NCBI GenBank assembly: GCA_951406725.2
Contig: OX597819.1
Coordinates: 79,360,001 to 79,424,000, forward strand
From: Octopus vulgaris
Taxonomy: Eukaryota
Direction: 5' to 3'
Length of the DNA: 64,000 nucleotides
The first letter of the stretch is position 1, and each line of letters opens with the position of its first letter. Position numbers and translations under genes: made by a program. Under the pieces are notes generated by a model that did no database searches, had not been told where the DNA came from, and saw nothing but the letters and a program-made list of their open reading frames with translations. Of this stretch, positions 52,776-64,000 are shown in pieces.

Positions 52776-53255
52776 ATGATGATGATAATAATAATAATAA
52801 TGATGATGATAATAATAATAATAATAATGATGATAATAATAATAATGATGATAATAATAATAATGATGATGATAATAATAATAATAATAATAATGATGAT
52901 AATAATAAAAATAATGATGATGATAATAATAATAATAATAATAATGATGATAATAATAATAATAATAATGATGATAATAATAATAATAATGATGATGATG
53001 ATAATGATAATAATAATGATAATAATAATAATAATGATGAAGATAATAATAATAATAATGATGATGATAATAATAATAATGATGATAATAATAATAATAA
53101 TGATGATGATGATAATAATAATAATAATAATAATGATGATAATAATAATAATGATGATGATAATAATAATAATAATGATGATAATAATAATAATAATAAT
53201 AATGATGATAATAATAATAATAATGATGATAATAATAATAATAATAATGATGATG

Positions 53256-53307
<52 letters not shown>

Positions 53308-53323
53308 TGATGATGATAATAAT
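52776..53323. repeat. Interspersed (AAT)n/(GAT)n trinucleotide array
   Basis: Alternating runs of AAT and GAT triplets; Asn/Asp and Ile/Met ORFs are artefacts. Confidence 0.95.
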
Positions 53324-53795
53324 AGTATAATATAAAGGACAACATCAATAATAATTGTAACAACAACTATAATAAAACGTGGAGTAATAAAAACTGCATA
53401 ACATATAACAAAATAATATTAAAATTACAAAAAGAATATTAAATGAAAAAAACGGCAACAATAACTAGTACAATAATTTTGGCAAAGAACACAAAAATGA
53501 AATAAGAGAAAAAAAAATTATCATAGAAATATCAATATGAACGGCTTAATTAATTTTGAACTGTTTAAGAATTTAATTACCATAAACATAATATGTTCTA
53601 ATCACACGTATAGACATGTGTGTGTGTGCGTGTGTGTGTGGATGCGTGTTCGTGCGTGTTTGTGTGTGTGTATGTGTGTGTGTGTGTGGGTGTACGCGTG
53701 TGTGTGTTTGTGCATGTATATAATTGCACGAAATACAAAAACGAACTATATAATTATATTTATACGAATATGCAGATAAGTGTATAGTTGTATAA

Positions 53796-53838
<43 letters not shown>

Positions 53839-54228
53839 TATATACATATATATATATATATATGTAGGTGTGTATATATATATATTTATATATACGTATA
53901 TATATATGTAGGTGTGTGTATATATATATATATGTGTATATACATATATGTATGTATGTATGCATATGCATTTTATGAGATTATGTTTAGATAAACGTAA
54001 CATATACGTGTGTGTATGTGTGTTTACATATCTATCTATCTATATACGTAAATACACACACATATACATAAACACATAGTTACGTATATACGTACATAAA
54101 TGCATGCAGCATATAGTCATAGGCATGAATATAAATACGCCCATACTTAGATGCACGCATACGTGCACATATCTGTGTGCGCATGTGAGTCCATATATAT
54201 CTATACACATATATATACATAGATACAT

Positions 54229-54273
<45 letters not shown>

Positions 54274-54368
54274 TATATCTATTCATATATATTTACACAT
54301 ATACATACATTTATATATATATACATTCATACATTTATATATATACATACATACATTTATATATATAC

Positions 54369-54401
<33 letters not shown>

Positions 54402-54557
54402 CATATATATACACACATATACTCACATATACATATGTATGCATATATCTATCTATCTATTTAACTATCTATCTATACATACATACACACATATATATAT
54501 ATATATATGTATATATGTATATATATATATATATGTGTGTGTATGTATATATATATG

Positions 54558-54601
<44 letters not shown>

Positions 54602-56129
54602 TATGTATATACACACACACACACACGTGTATATATATTTGTACGCGTATATTCAGACAAATCTTCGTACTTATAGACTGTGAATACATTTCTGTCCGTG
54701 TCTGTAAAAAGACACTCAATTATACACACACATACACGCACACGCGCGCTCACACACGGAGACGCATATTTACTACGAATACATGCAAATTTGTGTACGC
54801 GCACTAAATTTTTATTCTTTGTCTCATTAATAATCGAAATACATTATAAACTGCTAACTTGTGTGAATTACTTCGGTACTCGCACGCACACTTTCACACA
54901 CGTATATGCAATCCATTTTCAAACACACACACACACACACACACACACCTGTAAGCTAAAACCTTGGTCAATGCAGAATTTTAACAACACTTTGTAAAGT
55001 GCAATACGCCATGTGTTTAATCTCTCTATGTGTGCTAGAAAAGTGAGTCAAAATCTTAGGTTACTGGCTTTGTTAAGCATAACCATGGGCTACTGACCCA
55101 TTTCTGTCCACAGAAAGAGAGAAAATATGTCCAGGGAAAGAAATAGAGAGAGTAATAGTCTCCAGACATTTATAATGCATGCAAAATCGGACACAGTGAA
55201 ATAGTTCAAAAGCGTTCAAGTTGTGGCAACACGGGTGTATGATTTAATGGCGTATTTCACAGTGAGGTAAAAGTATAACAAACATAGATCATTATAGAGA
55301 CTCACACACGGATACAAACGCACACACACAAACACACTATCACATATAGGCACACACACACACACATATATATGTTTGCGTGTGCGCGTATGTGTGGGTA
55401 TGTATATATATATTTGTGTGAGTCTGTGTCTACATATATTTAAGCTGGGCCAAGATAGAAAAGAATGGAACAAGATAATACAGTTGATGTGTATGTATGT
55501 ATATACCTACATACACACATATACATATATATGAATATATTATTATATATATATGTACACACACACACACTCATTCACACATACACAGACGTACATTATT
55601 ATATATATATATATTAATATATATACATATATATATACATACATATATGTATATATATATATATATACACATACATATATATATATACATACATATATAT
55701 ATACATACATACATACATATATACATATACATATATATATATATATATATATATTTATTTTATTGAGGGCTTTACTATACATAAATGCCCTTAATATAAA
55801 TATATATATTTAAGAGGAATAATTGATGGATTTTTCCCTTATGAGGTTTTTCGCGCTAACTACTTGATAAATTCTTATAAAGATTTAATCCTATTTTTCA
55901 ACTATACGTATATTATCAGTCGTCCGTAGACGACGCTAACATTTCCTTCTCTTAGATGGATTGTCTTTACTCTGACTGGTGATCGCCATCCACCCTTGAT
56001 AGTGTTGGATGGCTGTTGACTCTCCTGAGTTCGTCTCTTGAGTTCATTACTTACAATGTCTAAAATTCAGGCTCCTCACTATGAAATCTTGGATGCTTAG
56101 ATAGTTTAGTCGCCACTGGTCTAACTATG

Positions 56130-56330
56130 CAAAAGTGACAGGACAAAATGCTATGCTAAGAGGCATTTCATCTGTCATGTGTTCTGAGTTCAGATTCCAT
56201 CGAAGTCGACTTTGCATTTCGTCCAATCAGAGTCGATGAAATACGTGTCAGTCAAATACTGGCGTTCATGTAATCGACCAACCCCTCACTAAATTTCAAG
56301 CATTCTGCCTATACTAGAAACGATTATCAT
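56130..56330 (+). mobile_element. SINE family B, degenerate
   Basis: TTCTGAGTTCAGATTCC...GTCGACTTTGC...ATGTAATCGAC. Confidence 0.7.
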
Positions 56331-56563
56331 TATTTACTGCAAACCCCTTTAAACTTGAATGTGAAATACACGCTCTCACTCTCACAGTTTATAGAGAATA
56401 GTTTAAACAACTGTCTGAAGATCAGAACTTACCGTACTATATATATCATAGCGTCTATGAGCATGCATCAGCTGATCATAAGCCAGTAAATTTATTTACC
56501 AAGCCATGTATACCTGCAAGAATTCCTTTTATTAGCACCTCATGCTAAAACATTGTTCATGTG

Positions 56564-56616
<53 letters not shown>

Positions 56617-56655
56617 CCTGTTTCTGAGTATTGTTGACAATCTGTATATAAAATA

Positions 56656-56699
<44 letters not shown>

Positions 56700-57035
56700 C
56701 TTGGAAGTGGATGCGTGGCGTTCGATCATATAATAATATAAATAATATACAAATATATGCATATATACATACATATGTACATATATATGTGTATATACAT
56801 GCATATATGGGTATAGGACATCAAAAAACGTAGACTAAGGTAGAAACGAGAACATAAAAAACAAAAACATAGAAAACGAACTTTTTTCGAACATCGAAAG
56901 AAACAAACAAACACAGAAACGAGACAGGCAACATAAAAAACATTCCCTTCATCAGTTGTCCATTGTTTTATCTGCTCCGCGTGTCGAAGGTAGGGACAAG
57001 ACGCGACTTCGTTAAAACAGTATATATATAAAACA

Positions 57036-57102
<67 letters not shown>

Positions 57103-57289
57103 GACATCACAAAAGTTAATAGACATTCTTATAATATTATAATCATTCAAATTACAGGGTCCTTGCATTGAAAAATGCAAAGGGCATGTCTGCTAAATAT
57201 TACATATTCACATTATAACAATTAATAAATAATTTGAATGTATAATTTTAGATTTAAATAAATTTGAATGATTATAATATCTCTTGTTC

Positions 57290-58420
57290 TTTTTAAGAAG
57301 TATCCTGTCCATTATATCACGGAGGTGTTCAATAGTGTTTGTATCTGGAGACTGGCTTGGCCTTGGAAGCTTTTTAATGCTATTCACATCCAAAAATTCT
57401 TGGATCATTTTAGCCATCTGACAAGGAAACCTATCTTCCATAAATAAAGTGTCCACTTCAATCGTTTCACCACTGGAGAAATTTGGAAGTAGTCCTTTCT
57501 GCAATATGGACACATATTTATCTGACTTTATGCTTCCTTCACACTGCACTAGATCTGATCAACCATTGTTCCAAATTGTTCCCCAGATCATCACAGAATA
57601 CCTGTCGTGTTTCATTGTTGGCTGCAATATTTTTACATCTAATTCTTGGACACTGAACCTCCAGACCACAGTCAGGAAATACATCAAATCTGGACTCATC
57701 AGAGAATATGACAGTGCCCCAAAATGCTAATGGCTTCTTCACCATCTCACTGGCCCAATCTTTTCTTCGCTTGATGTTGGTTGGTCGAAAAAGTAGCTTC
57801 CTTCTTGCTGCCCTGTGATAGTAAGCAAATTTGGAGAGATACCTGTCAGTTCTGGAACTGATATGAGCTTGTTCTGCTATGTCAGAAGTCTTGCATCGAG
57901 GATTATCTTCCACACTTATCTTAACAAAGAGAAGGGCCCTGTCAGAGGACCCTGGCTGATCTAGACGAGGTGATGAGGACTCCTTCCTCTCTCTGGTGAA
58001 TTGAATAATCATTCTACTAACTGTAGAAAGCGGGATCCCAAGGTTTTCTGCAATGTTACGCTGACTATGTCCAATTCAGAATGACCCAGGATACGACCTC
58101 TCTGAAATTCAGACAGTTCCAAGGCTTCTTTTGTACATGGCATGGTTAAACAGTTACATATAGAACCTGAAACAAAAATGTCAATTAATAAAAAATAATA
58201 AACATTCACAAGATAGAATAAACATATTTTATGGACTGTCTATTTACTTCTGTTGTGTGAGTATATATATATTAAAGGATCGAAAGTGGGTATTAGTATT
58301 TTTCGGCCGATAAATGATGAAGAATTACAAAATGTCCTACGTGTACGTTTTGTAGTATTTAACGCATTTTTCATTTATTGAGTAACTGAACGCCAGGCGT
58401 CCTGACTTTTGCTAACAGTA
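57290..58420 (-). mobile_element. Tc1 (DD34E-like) transposase pseudogene
   Basis: From 58143 MPCTKEALELSEFQRGRILG...AARRK...WGTVIFSDESRF...FMEDRFPC...PSQSPDTNTIEHL in broken frames; TIR-like CTGTTAGCAAAAGTCAGGACG near 58420. Confidence 0.9.
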
Positions 58421-58431
58421 AGTTTATATAA

Positions 58432-58491
<60 letters not shown>

Positions 58492-58974
58492 TTATAGATA
58501 GATAGCTGCGGCCATGGTGAGGCACTGTTGGATTTGCTACGCCTTCACTATTTGAATCCACCTCTGATATGTGACATATATACACATATATACACATAGA
58601 AGCAGATACTAATATAAACAGGCAAGCGGAAATGCACAAAAGACATACATATAAATACATCGGAAAACGTGTATATAGACAAATGCTTAGGGATATATGT
58701 ATTCATAAAGGCGTGTACAGATATACATGTACATATACACGCGAAGAAATTTAAAAGGACCGGTCAATCGATACCGATAACTCAATATTCCAATGAAACT
58801 TGATTTTATTGACCTCGGAAGGAGTACAGGCAAAATTAACTGAGGCATTATATGAAACCGAAAAAGAATTACAACTATTGTCTCAAAACACTCTAACGCA
58901 TCTCCCTACCATATGTATATAGTCACCATTATATCAACTTATATAGTATCATGTATATAATATTTCACTATTTG

Positions 58975-59165
58975 CGTCCATGCTGGGGCATCATCTTGGA
59001 GGATTTTAGAGGAAGAATGGACTGCAGTACTTAGTTTTTAAAGCCTGATATTTACTCCATCGGTCCCTTAAGCAGAACTGCTAAAGTACGGGTCGTAAAA
59101 TTCCCAACATACATTGTCAAGAAGTGGGGGAGGACGAACATAGACACAAATGCATGCACACACAC
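58975..59165 (-). mobile_element. SINE family A 3' half, degenerate
   Basis: CCATGCTGGGGCA...CCATCGGTC...GCAGAACTGCTAA...TTGTCAAG. Confidence 0.65.
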
Positions 59166-59197
59166 ACAAACATGTATGTATATATATAATAAAAATA

Positions 59198-59443
59198 AAT
59201 GTTCCTGCTCGAGCCATGCCAGGCTCATAAGGACCGGTTTCCCGGTTTCAGTGGCGTAGAAATTCCTCACCTGGACGGGACGCCGGTCCGTCGCAGGATT
59301 ACTCATTTTGCCAACTGAATGGACTGGAGTAACGTGAAATGAAGTGTTTTGCTCAAGAACACAACGCATCGCCCGGTCCAGGAATCGAAGCCACAACCTT
59401 ACGATCACGAGTTCAACACCCTAACCACTAAGCCACGCGCCTC

Positions 59444-59445
<2 letters not shown>
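59198..59445 (-). mobile_element. tRNA-derived SINE (family E), full length
   Basis: Reverse complement GGAGGCGCGTGGCTTAGTGGTTAGGG...GCTTCGATTCCTGG (A/B boxes), TTGAGCAAAACACTT..., CCTGCGACGGACCGGCGTCCCGTCCAGG tail. Confidence 0.85.
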
Positions 59446-59478
<33 letters not shown>

Positions 59479-59581
59479 GTATGTATGTATGTGCGTATGT
59501 ATATATATGTGTGTGTGCGTGTATATATATATATATACATATCTCTCTCTCTCTCACTCTCTCTCACTCTCTCTCTCTCAG

Positions 59582-59612
<31 letters not shown>

Positions 59613-60256
59613 ATATATATATATATATATATATTTATTTATTTATATATATATATGCAATAGGCTTTCGTTAGCCCGAGGCTATAGCAGATTTTTGTCC
59701 AAAATGTCACGCAGTGGGACTGAGCCCGGGCACGTGCTTGGAAAGCAAACTTGTTACGTCTGGCCCTAGAAACAACCACACACACACGCACACATTCACA
59801 CACGTATATGTTAAATGATGGGTGAAAATGTCTTTTAAATTATAATTATAAACATGATTATAAGCTTATAATTATATTTACAAGAATATATATATGATAT
59901 ATATGCGTATGTACGTATGTATATCGGTATCTATCTACGTATATTCGATACATATCTATCAGCGTATCTATCTCTCTCTATATATATTTATTATGGTCGT
60001 GTTCACACAAACAACCACACATTTACGGTAGAATCAAAAGCATAACGCACTACATCAAAAAACAGAACTGCAACCGATTGTTGTTGCAGGTGACGTACCA
60101 AGAGATAAAGAAGGCAACAGATAAAACGACATCAGTGACGTTTGAAAGTTAAATATATCTACAGATATCTATATATTCACTAATTATTTACCTATATGTT
60201 TTCTCTAATTAACTACACACACATATACACACAAACCACGCTTGCGCTCATGGACA

Positions 60257-60310
<54 letters not shown>

Positions 60311-60602
60311 AACCCACACACATATCAATAAACAACAGCGCCGCTAATTAAATTGAACAACTTTTAATCACATTTATTATTTCAAATGATTAAGTCCTTT
60401 GTGCGTGTGTGTGTCAAATATACTGGTGTGTGTTTGGTGTAGTGTGGATGTATTTTAGGTAGTGTATAAGTATGTGTATATATAATAGATGTGTGTATGA
60501 ATATAATGAGTAGGTAAAATATACCTACTCACAAATAAACAAAAATGTATGAATGTATATATTATTCGCTATTCATAGTTATGTGATATATATATGTAGT
60601 CA

Positions 60603-60681
<79 letters not shown>

Positions 60682-60845
60682 ATGTATATATATGTGTGTA
60701 TATATATGTACACACACACACACACATATATATATAAACATTTACATTTATATATGTGTTTATATGTATATTTGTGTATAAACATATTTGTGCATATATA
60801 TATATATGTATATATATATATACACAAAAACTTCTACATATATGC

Positions 60846-60906
<61 letters not shown>

Positions 60907-61559
60907 TATAAATACAGATTGACACATATATACTGTTCGTGTGTGCTTTTATACGTATCTATATTTTGGCACAATCTTTATTTATTTTTTTGTAGTGTTT
61001 AATTCTTCTCTTCTTGTTTCACCCTAAGCACCTCCACCACCAGCATCGGGCTCGGTGCTTTAATCTGCTCATACTACCACCACTAATCTATCCGACCATA
61101 ATCTACCTCCACCTCATACCACTACGAACAATGTTTAACTCCCATCTTACTCTTCCCATCACCAGCAAGCGCTACCACGTATCACCAATACTAATCACAA
61201 CTTTCCCCCACCACTCTCTCTCATTCCCGGCCAAAATCCTCATTACCGATCACCACCTACCACTACAAGAAATCTCCAGTTCCAACTACCACCAAACATC
61301 ACAACATACCATTCTTTATATTAGCATCTTTTTATTTGTGATGATTTTCATTTCTTTCAAGTTTTTTTTATTACATTTCATTTTCAGTTATGCTTTTATA
61401 TTATATTATTTTATATATTCCTTTTTGTAAAATTTTAGATTTTCTTTTTTATTAAATATATTCAGTAGTATCTACGACATACACGAATAGACATACGAAT
61501 CACAACCGTGTATGTATGCATATATGTATGTGTTTATGTATGTATGTGTGTATATATAT

Positions 61560-61720
61560 ATAACTGCCCGAAACAGTAAGGACTTCTGGTATACTTGACT
61601 GAAGAAAGACGGCCACGAATGACCCGTCTTTTTTTGCCTGTCCTTCTAATTGTTGTTACTCCTGTTCGCCTTTGTATCGTCTGTCTATCTGAATGTTTTA
61701 TTGTCCTCTATTGCGTTTAT
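61560..61720 (+). mobile_element. Repeat with hammerhead-like motif, same family as the 39.1-kb palindrome arms
   Basis: CTTGACTGAAGAAAGACGGCCACGAATGACCCGTC versus CTTGACTGATGAATAGAAAGCCACGAATGTTCCGTC (minus arm, 39158-39123); shared downstream GTATCGTC and ATTGTC. Confidence 0.65.
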
Positions 61721-62291
61721 ATATACTGACATTATATATATTATATCTCTTGTGTGTATAAGTGCGTGAACATATGAGTGTGTGAGTTGGTGCATGCATG
61801 CATTTGTGAATGTAAAATTTATGTGTGTATGTAAATATACACGCAGTCATGTATTTATAAGAAACCGTAAGAAAGGGAGAAAGAATGAAAGGTCGGGGAA
61901 ATGGTGAACCAATGCGCTGAAGTCACCACATCTAGAGCCATAGTGTATATAGAATAGAACAGAGACCTAGAATCGTGGGATCCTGCCAACTGCTCAATGT
62001 ACCTTAGAATAAGTAGAGGCCTCTGTATACCCACACGTACACAAACACGCACACACACACACACATACATACACAAACACGTACATTAAAATACGTACTT
62101 CAGTATTCCAATATTATAAACGTTATGTGTATATATCTCACCTCGTCTTTGTGTTTTCTTTAATTTTTCAACCATACGAAATATATACATGTATAAATAT
62201 ATTGTATGTAAATTTATATATATTATGAAAAACAATGAAAGTAAGAAGAAAGATTATAAGGCAGGAATGATAAGTTTTAGCAAATATATTA

Positions 62292-62355
62292 GTTTAACGC
62301 TTAAAAAGAAGAGAAAGAGTTCTGACGTTTCGGACGATTGCTTTGCATCAGAAGA
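62292..62355 (-). ncRNA. Decayed family A hammerhead-like motif
   Basis: Minus strand CTGATGC...GTCCGAAACGTCAG...AAGCGTTAAACT; 3' part matches the 22.3-kb copy. Confidence 0.45.
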
Positions 62356-62869
62356 ACGATATAAAAGAAAATTTGTATACAGTCGGAGAGAGTCTTAAGA
62401 GTTTAAAGCTGGAAAAATGTAAAATCCAGTGGTTATTTCCAAGGGTAAATTCTAAGTGGGGTGAGCTAACTGGAGAAAGTGGATTTCGTACGTGTGTGTC
62501 TATGTGAGTGTTTGTGTGAGTGTTTTTAGCGAGTTAAAGAATCATTGGTAGGGGAAGTATTGAATAAAGAAGTTCATCAAAGTGTGAATGTGTTAAATGC
62601 AGTTGTCGTTGAAGCTGAGGGTAGCGCATAGAAGGAAGTTGCAAATGAGTGAAAAAAAAGCGAAATGTATGACTGCGAGTTATTGTTTGTGTAGGTGTGC
62701 TTTTTAGTACATGATTGTGTGTACATGTGTGCGTAAGTAAAGCTTTAGTGGCTATGTATGTCAAGGAGACAGGAAGATTAAGAGAACGGTGACGTGTCTA
62801 CATGTGTGTATGTGCATGTGTGAGTGTTTGTGTAGGTATACGTGGTAAATGGGACTTTCTAGTTGATGG

Positions 62870-64000
62870 TTCTACTCCATTTCATCAAGTACACAAATTG
62901 CTGGTCATATGAGTGAATATTTTCGTGAATTGATAAACTGTGAATCTGTTTTGGTTACTGCAATGACCAACACTGCCGAACAATGGTCTGTCACCACCTT
63001 CTCGGATATAGCATGAACATTAGATAAAATAAGCAAAGCAATAAGGAAATTGGAGATTGGCAAGTCTCCTAGAATCGGTAAAATCTGCACAGAATCTTCA
63101 TGAGCTTATTTGTGACGTCTGGTGTAGCTCACAAAATTGGAAATATGCAACTATGCTTCACCTTCATGAAGGAAATGAAATCCTGATAAAATGTGGCAAT
63201 CATAGATATATTACTGTTCTGTCAGCTGTCAGTAACGCTATGGCCATCATTCTTATTTCTTGACCGAATAAACACCTTGTCATTTCCAGTCTATGGTGTA
63301 CATTCCGTTCTGGTAGAGGAACGATGCGGATATGATTTCCACAGTAAGGCAGATGCCAGAGGTTTGCTATGAGTATAACATTGATCTAATAACACCTTCG
63401 CAACTTTAAATAGGATTTCCCTGTGGAAAATACTTGCTCACTTTGGCTGTCCCAGTAATTTTGTATCCATAATTCAATCGTTTCAGTCATAATGGTAACA
63501 TGTTGGGACTGATTGTAACATTCTTATGCGAAACTCTACGCTTTCCATTGTTTCCGTTCATGCTTTTGCCATCGGTTCCTTTAAAAGATATGTGTGATGT
63601 AACTATTTTTGCTGCTATTGCCCAAGCTTTACTACTCATGGTCTTTTTTTTTGCATAAAACTGTAATCTAATTGCAAATACTGGTGAAAATACGACAATT
63701 TTTATAGATTACACCTCTGTATCGTATTTGAAGCTCAGCTTTATCTTGGAGAATACCACTGTAATGTTCAAATCTGCCCATCAAGCACATACATGAAACC
63801 ATCTATCTTATTTGAAGGGACAGACCAGAAAGTAGAAGGAAAGTGTGTTTACTTGCGCCGCACATTCAGGAGTTCTTGTTTCTTGGATGGTAGAATGTCT
63901 TGTAAACTTTCAGAAGGTAAACGATTTTCTGAAGGCTCTTGAGTCTCGTGTCTGCCTTCATTGAAGATGATAAACGTTGCTGTATATCATGTCCGTGTAC
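62870..64000 (+). mobile_element. Decayed RTE-clade LINE ORF2 remnant
   Basis: ISKAIRKLEIGKSP, LHELICDVW...NWKYAT...CGNHRYITVLSAV, FRSGRGT, LWKILAHFGCPSNFVSII, KPSILFEG...KCVYL in broken frames; matches RTE/BovB-type RT blocks. Confidence 0.85.

Overview
AT-rich, microsatellite-saturated, non-genic eukaryotic DNA. The SINE families and repeat density suggest a cephalopod, probably Octopus (inference). No host exon or intact gene could be supported, and almost all ORF-track entries are translations of simple repeats. The window holds many tRNA-derived SINEs and decayed transposons: Tc1/mariner, a hAT MITE, a Gypsy LTR element, RTE LINEs, an R4/Dong-type RLE element and a Penelope-like GIY-YIG remnant. 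The most striking hidden signal is about a dozen type I hammerhead-ribozyme-like (HHR) motifs. The best case is a non-coding 508-bp insert (45257-45764), equal to about 1.4 copies of a highly structured 362-nt unit. It carries two tandem hammerheads, both with a compensatory U3-A8 core, and resembles a retrozyme or Penelope pseudo-LTR. Two long palindromes also place hammerheads back-to-back. All folds and alignments were done by eye; ribozyme activity is untested.
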